Origin: Octopus sinensis
Lineage: Eukaryota
DNA length: 64,000 nt
Reading direction: 5' to 3'
Assembly: GCF_006345805.1 (NCBI RefSeq)
Contig: NC_042998.1
Coordinates: 95,480,001-95,544,000 of the forward strand
A program made the translations under genes and the position numbers. Shown here piece after piece: positions 1-11,965 of this stretch (its first letter is position 1; every line of letters begins with the position of its first letter). A model generated the notes under the pieces. The model saw only the letters and a list, made by a program, of their open reading frames with translations, did not search any database and had not been told where the DNA came from.

Positions 1-37
1 GTTTTCCATTTTTTTTCTCTCTTTGCGTATTTAACTC

Positions 38-106
38 ATTTGTTTTCGTATTTCATGTAGTTTACACAGTTGGTAACGTCCTGTAGCCATATATGTATAT
101 ATATAT

Positions 107-140
<34 letters not shown>

Positions 141-225
141 TTGTTTTCGTATTTCATGTAGTTTACACAGTTGGTAACGTCCTGTAGCCATATATGTATA
201 TATATATATATATATAAATATATAT
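38..225. repeat. Direct tandem duplication, ~101-bp period, unique part followed by (TA)n
   Basis: atttgttttcgtatttcatgtagtttacacagttggtaacgtcctgtagccatatatgta is identical at 38 and 139. Confidence 0.9.
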
Positions 226-423
226 GTAGGTCCCGGGTTGATTCGGGGTTAACCACAGTAAATAAGGTACTCAATACATAGCAGAGTAAAATTAATTTAT
301 TATATAGAAGGAGCTTCTACAGGACTAGAACTGTTTCATTCAAGAGAAATCTTCAGGAAGCTCCTGAAGATTTCTCTTGAATGAAACAGTTCTAGTCCTG
401 TAGAAGCTCCTTCTATATAATAA

Positions 424-424
<1 letters not shown>
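226..424. mobile_element. Penelope-like pseudo-LTR fragment with perfect 63-bp inverted duplication and hammerhead-like core
   Basis: 296-358 is the exact reverse complement of 362-424. Contains CTGAAGA...GAAACAGTT followed by AATAAA. Flanked by (TA)n. Confidence 0.65.
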
Positions 425-458
<34 letters not shown>

Positions 459-459
459 G

Positions 460-673
460 CGGGAAGCTTTATGAAAATAAACAAAAGACGAAGGCAGGTG
501 GAAAACAAACGAACAATTGTATTAGTATGGCGCTCAGGAAATATAAATAAAACAAGTCTTTAACGTTTCGAGCCTACGCTCTTCAACAGAAAGATACACA
601 GAGAGAGAAAAACACAGAAAGAGGAGAGAAAAAAAATGCGTGCAGTAGCTAACGAATCAACATGGCGATCTGA
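460..673 (-). mobile_element. PLE-type short element containing a minimal type I hammerhead motif (557-594, minus strand)
   Basis: Minus strand reads tcttt-CUGUUGA-A-GAGC guag GCUC-GAA-ACGU-U-aaaga, with a complete stem I, stem II and palindromic stem III. Homologous copy at ~17440-17635. Confidence 0.65.
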
Positions 674-681
674 TATATATA

Positions 682-781
<100 letters not shown>

Positions 782-930
782 TATACAAAGATTCTATAAT
801 TATAAGCATAATTATAATTAGGGTTCAGCCAAATTGCTTCACCACATACCGAAATTTAGAAATAGCAGTTAAATACTATTCTACGGCCATAATATATCTC
901 CCAGAGAGCTAGCTGTCTGGGAGATATGTA

Positions 931-1016
<86 letters not shown>

Positions 1017-1025
1017 CATATATAT

Positions 1026-1079
<54 letters not shown>

Positions 1080-1181
1080 GTATTATATATATATATATAC
1101 ATATCTCCCATATATACATATATATATATATATATAATACATCTATGTTTCTACACCACCTGTCTTTGTCTTTTGTTTTTT

Positions 1182-1215
<34 letters not shown>

Positions 1216-1247
1216 TATATATATATATATATATTATATATATATAT

Positions 1248-1282
<35 letters not shown>

Positions 1283-1291
1283 TATATATAA

Positions 1292-1384
1292 GGGTTTCCT
1301 AATATTTTGGATGATATACTTTCCTACTTCACACAAAGACTTCCTCTTCATATCACAGACCCACAATATATATATATCCAAACC

Positions 1385-1415
<31 letters not shown>

Positions 1416-1470
1416 ATATATATATATATATCTTATATATATATATATACATATAAATACATATGTATAT

Positions 1471-1501
<31 letters not shown>

Positions 1502-1587
1502 GTATGTATATATTGTGGGTCTGTGATATGGAGAGGAAGTCCTTGTGTGAAGTAGGAAGGTACATCATCCAAAATATTAGGAAACCC
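1292..1587. repeat. ~80-bp inverted duplication separated by a (TA)n spacer
   Basis: 1292-1370 versus the reverse complement of 1509-1587, with few mismatches. Confidence 0.85.
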
Positions 1588-2335
1588 GTAATACGTGTGA
1601 AAGGGACTTTTGGCCTAATTTCGGCTGCTCATCGCCTGGCTATTGAAACGTGATACTAAAACAGGACATTCTCGAGAACGTACATCAGTAAACACTATCA
1701 GCTGAATAGGGTAAATGGGTGCCGGGAATGTCATAGGATTAGGGTGAAACTAACAACAAAAACAGAAGACTAAGTGTTGACCTTAGAATGACACTAGCCT
1801 CGAGATGTGAATAACTGCTATTTTCACTTGCGTCTACAAATCCTACTTCCTTTCGGCTAATTTGACTTTTTATGTTCACATGACGACTAGTCGTATATGG
1901 ATGAAAAAGTATTACTTCCTTGTTATACTTATTTATTCTTTAATCTATTTTATCTTATTATTATTTTTTTAGTAGTTGTTGGTAAATAGTCACCTGTACT
2001 GTAATGAATGAAATATCTCCTTTTATATACATTTTCATATTCTGAAGTGGCAGTGGTAGTGGTAGTGGTGTGGTGTGGGGGGGGGGGGCGGAGGAAAAAT
2101 GTCTCCGTCATTGTTTTTCTCATCCGTACAAACATTCATATACATATGGACGTACGTGCATACACGCGCACACGCACACACACACACATTCACTTACATA
2201 CATGCATACATACACAGAGGCACAGTAAAACTTTGTAAGACATCTCACAGATTCTCCATTTGAGATTCTTTAAGTGACTATATGTACATATTCGGTCGTG
2301 TGCGTCTGCAGAAACTCATATAAAAAGTAATGATG

Positions 2336-2368
<33 letters not shown>

Positions 2369-2418
2369 CACATACACACACTTCTACGCACACGCACGTA
2401 CGCACGAACATCCAAGTG

Positions 2419-2950
2419 CTAAAGAGATGTCTTCCGCCTGTCTCCACCCCAGAAAAACCACTCTTTGAAAAAAATTTTTTTTTTCGACACAAACAATCCC
2501 TTTTCGGCTACGGGAAATACGAATCTGCAAAAAAAAATTGGCAAAAATCGGCATTTTAAAATTACCCCCACCCCTATTTCCTTCATTTTTCTCTTTTTTC
2601 AGAATTATTTTTTTCAAAATATGCGGAAAAATATGGAGATTATGATGATTCTGAAAAACATTTCAAAAAATTTTTGTAAATTTTTTTCTTTTTAAATATG
2701 CGGAAAAATACGGACATTATGATTCGGACAAAAATTTCAAAATATTTCTGGAGTTACGGTTACGGTTAGGGTTAGTGTTGGGGAAAAAGTTAAAATTGAT
2801 GAATTGGGGAGAGGGGAAAAAATTTAACAATGCCGATTTTTGGCAATTTTCCGGAACCTCCGAGTCCGAAAACGGGGTTTTTTTGGCAAAAAAAATTAGA
2901 TAAACAAATTTTGGAGAAATTGGCGTGAGGGATGGGCGGAAGTCTTTCAG
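2419..2950. mobile_element. Putative MITE with imperfect terminal inverted repeats
   Basis: Left end ctaaagagatgtcttccgcctgtctccac; the right end reverse-complements to ctgaaagacttccgcccatccctcac. Contains an internal ~77-bp direct duplication (aaatatgcggaaaaata...) and a short ggttagggttag motif. Confidence 0.45.
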
Positions 2951-3083
2951 AAATATCTTCACACACTTTTTTAAGTGTAGGCGTATACACCTGCATATAT
3001 GCAATCAATCACATAAAAAAACGGTGACAGTTCTAACTTAGAAGTTTTGTTTGTTAGTGACTGTACTTACATAACCACATAAA

Positions 3084-3657
3084 CAGGGTGCGGTGAATAT
3101 ATTGTAGTCTAAATTACGCAAAAACGAAAAGAACACTGTCATCTCATTTTAACAGATACTTTTACCAAAATTACATTAAAATATCTTGAAATACTAAGCG
3201 CTAAATTTATTCCATAAAATCACCATTGGCTTCACAGCCTCCAGACGACTTCTGGATGGTCTCCTTGTTTAAGTTGCTGAATGCTGTAATGATCCTTGCT
3301 TTCAGTTCAACTTTCGTGTTACAGGGAGTTTTGTTGGTCTGTCGCTCAACTGCGCCCCGCACATAATGCAGTCTGGGGAGTTAGGTGGCTAAATGTTAGT
3401 GGTTATATAGTCGCAGAAATTGTTCGACAGCCGTGACTGGGTTTTCCTGCTTGTGTGACATGACGCAGAATCCTGTTGCCAGACATGCAAGACACAGGGT
3501 CTTCTAGTAGCCACCCTCCTGATCCAGGACAACATTACCTCCTGCGGGCACTTGATGTAGGCCTCCGTGTTGAGTCTGAGGCCGTGTGGGAAGATAAATG
3601 GAATCATAACATCACCATCACTAGTGATAACTCCAAACACCAAGATGTTGACTGAAT
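3084..3657 (-). mobile_element. Tc1/mariner superfamily (maT/DD37D-like) transposon, 3' fragment, dead
   Basis: Translates MVFGVITSDGDVM..FIFPHGLRLN...WQQDSA.CHTSRKTQ...WPPNSPDC. CAGGGTG terminal motif at 3084. Confidence 0.85.
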
Positions 3658-3699
3658 GTGTGTGTATATGTCAGGTCATTTTCGAGAGCTACTATTAAC

Positions 3700-4130
3700 A
3701 TGTAACCCAGTACAACCTTTTGCATGGTCGGGTCGTTGGCGACTAAACCGGCAACCCCACCAAGCTTGCTTGGTGAGAAGGGTGTTTATTGGACACCATG
3801 CGGGATGAAAAACAAAACTCGTCAAAGGGAGGAGGAACTCTTGAGAGTCAACGGCCATCCAATAAATGTCTGAAGGCTGTATCATGCGCGGGGACATAAA
3901 AATAATCGGACTGAATACCCCGATTGCGCGGTTAAACCATTGGGAGTGAAGGACTCCTAGCCTTTGTTAGGGCATCCTTCTAGGAGAAGGTACTCAGGTA
4001 ACTGGGATAACTCCGACATAAAACCTGCGGCTCAGTGGTTACCGATGATGTTGACTTGTTCTTCTTTTCGGATTATGGCTGCTGTTGCTTAGTGAGTGGG
4101 ATTGACTCAGTACACAGCCTTTCCTCACTT
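3700..4130 (+). mobile_element. Probable solo 5' UTR-like fragment of an RTE-clade LINE
   Basis: GC-rich and hairpin-rich. Contains gggcatccttctaggagaagg...aaacct, resembling motifs upstream of RTE ORFs (recalled, not searched). Confidence 0.35.
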
Positions 4131-4689
4131 TAAAAAAAAATCTTCTTGCACAGGCATTGCACGATGACAACATTGATTAAGCTTCGTGCAATGGCCATAC
4201 TCGATAACGAGGGGGCAACCACCATGTATGTATGTATGTATGTATGTATGTATGTATGTATGTATGTATGTATATATATGCATACACAGATGTGTACGTA
4301 TAAAGAGAGAATGGGGAAAAGAGTGAGAGAGTGAAAAGAGAGAGAGAGAGAAAAGAAGTTTTAATGTCTAAGGCCAACATTATGCATGGACGTTACAGCA
4401 TTCATTGACTCAAAATACCAGTTAACGCTCCAATAATTTCTTAAGCGAACTGGCAGCCTGAACTACCTTGCATGCAACTTACTAAATCTCTTTGTGACAG
4501 TCGGCTCATAAGCAGTATCTCCAGGGACAGTAAAGAGGGTACTCTGTTGCTGATGAAATACCAGTACAATATTAAAACAAGTCATTATGAGCCCTTTCAA
4601 CACGCATTTCTTTTTCTTTATTCAAATTTTGACGCCAGGCCAACAGTTTCGGAGGAGTGGGTAAGCCAACAGTTCCGGAGGAGTAGGCA

Positions 4690-4860
4690 AGTCGATTACA
4701 TCGACCCCTGTTTTCAACTAATACTTATTTTTAATCAATTCCCGAAAGGACGAAAGGCATTGTCGACCTCAGTGGAATTTGATCTTAGAACGTGAAAACG
4801 GACAAAATGCCGCTAAGCATTTCGCCCGCCATGCTAACGATTCTGCCAGCTCGCCGCCTT
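4690..4860 (-). mobile_element. Nin/Deu-domain tRNA SINE (family B)
   Basis: Head aaggcggcgagctggcagaatcgttagc; body gaggtcgac..cctttc..ctttcggg. Confidence 0.85.
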
Positions 4861-5241
4861 ATCATTGTCTAAGCATATTAGTTATAAACTTATAAAAACT
4901 CTTGTTGTACAGTGTAGTGTATGTCTGTGGACGTTATGTGTTTGTGGACGTCTATGTGTGTGGTATGTGTATACGCGCGCTATGTGTGTGTGTGAGTGCG
5001 TGTATGTGTGTATGTTTACTAAGTTCACACGATCGAAGATATTGTGAGTCTACATTCTCGAAGAACTATCTACAGTTATGTTACTCACTACTAATTTTGG
5101 ATTAAGAGCAAAAAGCTTGATCTTTCGCTACCTTAAAAAAAATTATAACGACCGTATATTACAATTTTCACCTTGCAAACCTGAGGCATCTGTTTGAAGA
5201 TAGTTTTGTGCTAAAAATGTCTAGGATCCAATAATTATGTA

Positions 5242-5865
5242 CAGTAGACCTCCTCTAATTTGGACTTTTTCATAATTCAAATTTTATTTGTATATTCGAT
5301 GCAGAGTTGCAGTGAGACACTTTAAATACTCTTAGTCAGGTATTGTACTGAAATGCTAATCTAGGTTTTGTGCAATTGAAGTAGATTAACTAATGATAAT
5401 TCCCATTGACTGTATATTCTATTTGTTTTCAGACTACCTTATTGTATTGAAAATAGTGTAAAGCAACCCCCATCATAATGGCATATGATTCTAAATGAAA
5501 ACAAGTTACACTAACGTTACTCAAAAAACGTCAAATTGTAAAAAAATTAGATACAGGAATTGCAAATAGTGATATATTGAAAGATTATAAGATTGGAAGG
5601 AGCACATTGTTCTACATGAAAAAGAACAGGGAGGAAATATTGAATGCTGCTCCTCTCTCTGAGAATAAAAGAAGACAAATCAAAAGAAGGATCCTTCATG
5701 GACCAAAGCAAATTTGAATTCGATAAAATATTACATGAATTGTTTTGATCGAAGCGAAATGAAGGTAAAGGACCAACGCTAATTGCCAAAGCAAAGACTC
5801 TAAAGAAAAAGTTGAATATCACAAGGGGGCATACGGCAATTAGCAATTTCAGGTGAACTACGTCA
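5242..5865 (+). mobile_element. Tigger/pogo transposon 5' fragment (CENP-B-type HTH), dead
   Basis: TA-CAGTAGAC end. From 5478 translates MAYDSK*KQVTLTLLKKRQIVKKLDTGIANSDILKDYKIGRSTLFYMKKNREEIL..., later GPTLIAKAKTLKKKL. Contains stops and frameshifts. Confidence 0.8.
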
Positions 5866-5939
5866 ATTTATTGTGAAAAATAAAAAAAAATAATTGAGTA
5901 CTATGCTTTAACACCAGATAATATTTACAATACTCTTTA

Positions 5940-6231
5940 CTCTTTACTTGTTTCAGTCGACGGGGACGTAAACACACCAGCATCGGTTGTCAAGCAATGC
6001 TAGGGGAACAAACACACACACACAAACACACACACATACACACACACACATATATATATACATATATACGACAGGCTTCTTTCAGTTTCCGTCTACCAAA
6101 TCCACTCACAAGGCATTTGTCGGCCCGGGGCTATAGCAGAAGACACCTGCCCAAGATGCCACGCAGTGGGACTGAACCCGGAACCATGTGGTTGGTAAGC
6201 AAGCTACTTACCACACAGCCACTCCTGCGCC
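5940..6231 (-). mobile_element. Meta-type tRNA SINE (family A), internally deleted
   Basis: Head gagtggctgtgtggtaagtagcttgcttacc, core cttgggcaggtgtcttctgctatagcc, (TG)n linker and tail. Confidence 0.85.
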
Positions 6232-7164
6232 ACTCCTTCATCACAATGCTGATGAAACTGGTATAAATTGGAAGTGCTTACCCACAAAAACTTCTAGATA
6301 ATGTGTACCATAAAATCTGAGGTGGTATTTCAGCCTCTAAACTCAAAAGAGCAAGTTACAAGTGATAGAGGTTTGTGATCATGAAAATGCTGGTGTCCCA
6401 GCATGGCCGCAGTCCAATGACTGAAACAAGTAAAAAAAACTTTAGAAAATTTTTAGAAAATATAAAAAACAGAAAATAACCAAAAAATATAACCAAAGAG
6501 GTTTTGTCCGCTTTCGCACTTTAACTAAGGGGTTTTTGTTTTAGGGGCTTTTGTCCTATGGGGTGTTTGTCCGGATCCCAGAAAATATATCCCTCAAAAA
6601 GCAAAGCTTTTATTTAATTCTGTAGCCTGAAGCTTGAGAAAGTATATCAACTAAGTTCTGTCTTTGGGTTTAACATAAAGAATAAGTCTTCAAATGAGAC
6701 TTTATAATATAAGAACATTTCTTCAGAGTGTATATGAACGTCCCGTAGACATTTAGACTTTCATTTGCAAACAACCATGTTAGCAAATAAAAGAGAACTT
6801 TGAGTGAAATCTTCTGTTTAAATTTTACCAAGTATTTTGAAAAGAAAATATTTACTTTAGCATTAGTTCGTTCAGATATTTGAAACGGTAACTTCAAGTA
6901 AGATTTGCTATTTGGAATATAACTTCATTTTAAATTTCATGACCTTCAGCTGACATTTGGTGGAAATTTCGGTTAAAACTCTATTCGTATTTACTGATTT
7001 ACAATGTTATCGCGAATATAATATGACGTTCAACATGTATTTTATCCTCTTCTATAATGCAACCCCATGTACAACCATAGTTAAATTAATATTTTCTAAC
7101 AAAACAAACGAAATATCGCTGCAAATTTTGTAACAAAACGCAAAACCCTAAAAACTAAAAAAAA

Positions 7165-7330
7165 TGTAGCCTAGTGGTGTTATGGTAAGAATTTTGATTC
7201 CGAACCACATGGTACCGGATTCAGTCTCATTGTGTGACACCTTGCCCAAGTGTCTTCTACTACAAACTCGGGCCGATTAAAGCCTTGTGAGTAGATTTAG
7301 TAGACTGAAACTGAAAGAAACCCGTTGCAT
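7165..7330 (+). mobile_element. Family A SINE head/core followed by a (TA)/(CA)/(GA)/(AGAT) microsatellite run to ~7655
   Basis: aaccacatggtaccggattcagtc...caagtgtcttctactac...gccttgtgagtagattt. Confidence 0.8.
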
Positions 7331-7448
7331 ATGTGCATGCATATATATATATATATATATATATGACATTAAAACTGAATTACTCTCTCCAAACACATCA
7401 ATATATATACATATATACATATACATACATACACACGCATACACACAC

Positions 7449-7572
<124 letters not shown>

Positions 7573-7577
7573 ATAGG

Positions 7578-7654
<77 letters not shown>

Positions 7655-7655
<1 letters not shown>

Positions 7656-8286
7656 TGAGGACAGGAGGGACGGACGTTTTTGAAATGGCTATTACTCAGC
7701 CTCAGGGGTAGGGACATATGTCCGACAGGTAACATTCGGTCTGTGATGTCTTAGTATGTCTTTATTTTTTCATTTCAGGTAAAGCTATGGCGCTGTGTAC
7801 GATAGAGCATCGCGTGTTTGCCTACGACAGTAACGTGAAGACTAATGAATCTGTCGTGAGTTTTAGCGCCACTTCAACATTCACCGAAATCAGTCTTACG
7901 TTGGGGGAATGCACTTCGTACACGAGGTACACTAATGAATAGGAGACCGGTGGGGGCGCCACGAACAGTACGGATCCGGAAAATGTAGAACACGTCAGAC
8001 AAGCTTTGATTCGGATTCCGAATCGATCTGCTCGGAGACATTCCACTGGATTTGACATCGGTAATCGATCGATAAGGTGTATTTTGTATGAAGACCTGCA
8101 TTTCCACCTGTACAAATTGGTCATTGGGCAACAGTTAAACCATGAGACTATGCACAGAGCAATACTGGAGAGAATGGAGATCAAATGCTAATTCAATACG
8201 AACACATTGATGTCAATAAAATTTGTTTGCAACTAAAATTAATGATTTTGTGAATTTTTCAAAAACGTCCCTCCACTCTGCCCCAC

Positions 8287-8290
<4 letters not shown>
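7655..8290 (+). mobile_element. Tc1/mariner-superfamily internally deleted element
   Basis: From ~7787 translates MALCTIEHRVFAYD...RGTLMNRRPVGAPRTVR..ENVEHVRQALIR.PNRSARRH...RSIRCILYEDLHFH.YK. Both ends share ggacgtttttgaaa in inverted orientation; the right end finishes CACCCTG. Confidence 0.8.
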
Positions 8291-8349
<59 letters not shown>

Positions 8350-8429
8350 TGTGTGTGTGTATGTGTGTGTGTGTGTTTACATTGCCGTAACTTAACGAAA
8401 AATACTGATTGAATAAGTTTTTTTTTTGT

Positions 8430-8700
8430 TTGTTCCTTCTCAAGCCATGCCTGGCTCATAAGAGCCGGTTTCCTTGGCGTATAGGTTCCCCACCTGCACA
8501 GGACGCCGGTCTGTCACAGATGAGCTGCAAGATGCAGCAGGAAAGAGTGAAAGAAAGTTATGGCGAAAGAGTCTGTTACCTTCTGCCGGAGTCGCATGGA
8601 GCTTAGGAGTTTCGCTCATAAACACACACATCGCCCGGTCTGAGATTCGAACCCGCGATCGCGAGTCTGCTGCTCTAACCACTAGGTCATGTGCCTCCAC
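8430..8700 (-). mobile_element. tRNA-derived SINE (third family)
   Basis: Minus strand head ggaggcacatgacctagtggttagagc...ggttcgaatctcagacc with A and B boxes. Related fragment at ~30270-30480. Confidence 0.75.
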
Positions 8701-9269
8701 TGATTGAAAAAGTATCAGGCTTTAAAAAGTACTTGAGTTGATTTGATCGACTAAAATTCAAGCATAGCCACAGTCTTATGAAATAAGTAAAAGATAAAGA
8801 TAAAAGAAGATAGTAAAACTTAAACGCTAAAGTTGGCATGGTTCCTATTTGGAGTCATTAACATTTCATTCAAAACAATTTAACGAAGGTTGTAGCACAG
8901 GTTAAAGAAAAAAGGTCATTGCTTATAAAATGAGTTCATCCCTTAAATTCCCCTCAAAGTTTGATCCATTTTAAATAACTCGAGCGATTGTTCTTGATTT
9001 CAGTCTATCACAAATGTCCCATCCTATATCTCATGACTTTTGAAACAATTGTATCTATGGCTACATGGCGATCCTTCCACAGCAGGTTATCTTCTGGCAT
9101 TTAAATTTTCACTGATGTCAATCTTTAAGATCGTGTGGAAACCATTTGTTTAGGTATAGCTTTTCAAAACTCAACAAGGTCAGACTTTTTTTTTTGTTTT
9201 ATAGAATACTTCCTGCTGTTATTTCCGCTTCATCAAACGCTACCCATGATGTACTAAACTCGTCCTTAA

Positions 9270-9756
9270 CCCTTTAGCATTTAAACTGGCCATATCAGGC
9301 CCAAATATTCTACGTTTTTTATGTATAAACTGACCAAATTCAGTCTCTCACACCTACCATACAATGTCATTATAAAAATATACTAAAATATATATTTCTT
9401 TATTGCCCACAAGGAGTTAAACATAGAGGGGACAAACAAGGACAGACAAACGGATTAAGTCGATTACATCGACCCCAGTGCGTAACTGGTACTTAATTTA
9501 TCGACCCCGAAAGGATTAAAGGCAAAGTCGACCTCGGCGGAATTTGAACTCACGACGTAACGACAGACGAAATACGGCTACGCATTTCGCCCAGCCTGCT
9601 AACGTTTCTGCCAGCTCGCTGCCTTATTCTAAAAATATACTAAAATATACTAACACGTCACTGAAATCTAGAAGCAATGAGATAATGCATGATTAATTCA
9701 AACCAATTTGAATAAATAAACATTATGTTTGACAGAATAATCTGAATGCTAAAGTG
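9270..9756. mobile_element. piggyBac-like MITE (TTAA-flanked) interrupted by a family B SINE
   Basis: TTAA-CCCTTTAGCATT ... AATGCTAAAGTG-TTAA. SINE at ~9393-9627 is flanked by a duplicated aaaaatatactaaaatata (9374 and 9631). Related copies at ~32280-32500 and ~32585-32806. Confidence 0.75.
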
Positions 9757-10109
9757 TTAAATGATTTGTTAGAATCAAAATCAAAGCAGTTTTCAAACCA
9801 CATGGAATTACCATAAGTAAAAAGGGCTGATTTGCTCGACTACAAATTTTCAAGGCGATACTCCAGCATCGCAACATTCCAGTGGCTGAATCAAGTAAAA
9901 AATAAAAGATCGGGACTGAGTTTCGTTTCATATTTGCTGAGCAAAACGAAACTGCAATAAAATGCTTCTTTTCTCTTTTGTCCTGTTCATCTGACAAAGA
10001 TTGTTTGATTTCCTATTTCATCCAGAGGTCTGTTCCATGGCACACGAGAGAAGAAAAAAATATATGCTTTATCCGTCTTTCCAATTTGACACAGTTCAAA
10101 GTTATCTTT

Positions 10110-10530
10110 TAGCTTATCTTTATCACTTACATGTTTTAGTCATTAGACCGCGGCCATGCTGGAGCACCGCTTTGAAGGCTTCTTAGTCGAATGAATCAAC
10201 TCCAGTACTTATTATTTTAAAGCCCGTTTCTTATTTTATCGATGTCTTTTGCTAGACCGCTAAGTCTAAACACACCAACATCAGTTGCGAAGCGGTGGCG
10301 AGGAACACACACACACGCACGCACACACGCACGCACACATGCACGCACACACGCACGCACACACGCACGCACACACAGAGGCTTTTTTTTTCAGTTTTCG
10401 TCTACCAAATCCTTTTAAAAGGCTTTGGTTAGTCCAAGGCAATAGTAAAAAGCACTTGCCCAACGAGCCACTCAGTGGAACTGAACCCATAACCATATGG
10501 TTGGGGAGCACATTTCTTACCACAGTCACG
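10110..10530 (-). mobile_element. Family A SINE, near full length
   Basis: Tail (ccgcggccatgctggagcaccgc), (CA)n linker, core and head all present. Confidence 0.85.
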
Positions 10531-10945
10531 CTTGGTTTCTTGCTTTGAATTTACAGTTGTGAAATAACACAATCTTTGTATCCAACTCCGAGGAAAGATT
10601 CTGTGATAATTTTGTTTTCTGGAGTAGAACTAAACAATGTCTTCTGAAGAATCTCCAGCATCACCCATTTGAAGATTTGAAATACTGCCTAAATTCATAT
10701 TTCTCGTCTATTTGCACTTTCTTCGCTTGTAATTTTACATGTAGTTTTCTTTCCCAGTATGTCCATCTCTTCAAACAAATCTTTTCCCTGTTTTGGATAG
10801 TAAGTTTACTTTCTCATTCGAGATTGTTTACTGCTTAGCATTTACTGCAATATTTCTACCAATAGTTTTATGCTGTTTTTAACAACAGCAAATTTCTAGA
10901 AGCTGGACACTTGTTCTTTTTAGGAAATTGTATGATTGTGCCAAC

Positions 10946-10953
10946 ATTTGAAA

Positions 10954-10996
<43 letters not shown>

Positions 10997-11041
10997 CATT
11001 ATTATTATTATTATTATTATTACTATTATTATTATTATTAC

Positions 11042-11086
<45 letters not shown>

Positions 11087-11091
11087 CATCA

Positions 11092-11170
<79 letters not shown>
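10946..11170. repeat. (ATT)n microsatellite
   Basis: About 75 near-perfect trinucleotide units. Confidence 0.98.
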
Positions 11171-11730
11171 TTTGGTTTGGCTCAGGTTCGGTCTTATTCC
11201 CGGTAGGATTCATGTGGGTAGCGGGTTACTACATGTAACCTTAGGTATCCACAAGTTTTCAGTAGTCTTTCTAGTGCTTAGAACCCTCCTAATAATCCTT
11301 GCTGTCTCTAAGAGATAAACTTTCTACCGGGTATTCTATCCCAATCTCCTTCAATCATTTGTCTATATCTTTGCTTACTGTTCCCAATGCACCAATTATT
11401 ATAGGCACGACCTTTACTGTTCACATGCTCCAACTTCTTCCTATTTCAAATTTTAAGGGATTGTATTCAATTTCTCGTCCTCTTTCTTTACGATCCTGGA
11501 ATCAAACGGGAATGATAGATTGATCAGCAAGCAACTTCGCTTTTCCTTATCTATAATTGTTATGTCCGGCTTATAATTTTCTAACTTCTTGTCCTTTTGA
11601 ATAGGTAAGCCCTACAAAATCTTATATTTCTCCGACTCAAGAACTCTTTCCACTGGGTGATTGTACCACGTGTTTCCAGCTTTAAATCCCCATTTCTAGC
11701 AATTTCCAGGGTAAAACTTTTACAATCTTT
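11171..11730 (-). mobile_element. R4/Dong-clade non-LTR retrotransposon 3' fragment (restriction-like endonuclease), dead
   Basis: Minus strand translates WYNHPVERVLESEKYKIL*..PIQKDKKLENYKPDITIIDKEKRSCLLINLSFPFDSRIVKKEDEK...LLETARIIRRVL. Its 3' end abuts the (TAA)n array. Confidence 0.8.
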
Positions 11731-11812
11731 TACAACTTTAATTGATTTATTATTTTACATCTCGTCCTCTGCAATTGTCCGCCATATCTTGGGCCCTTGT
11801 GGCCAATAAAAG

Positions 11813-11815
<3 letters not shown>

Positions 11816-11860
<45 letters not shown>

Positions 11861-11914
11861 CCATCACCATCATCATCATCATCATCATTATTATTATCAT
11901 TATTATTATTATTA

Positions 11915-11962
<48 letters not shown>
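11816..11962. repeat. Compound (CAT)n/(TAT)n microsatellite
   Basis: Direct reading. Confidence 0.95.

Positions 11963-11965
<3 letters not shown>

Noticed and set aside
2753-2782. Interstitial telomere repeat
   Set aside because: Fewer than two full TTAGGG units, inside a repeat element.
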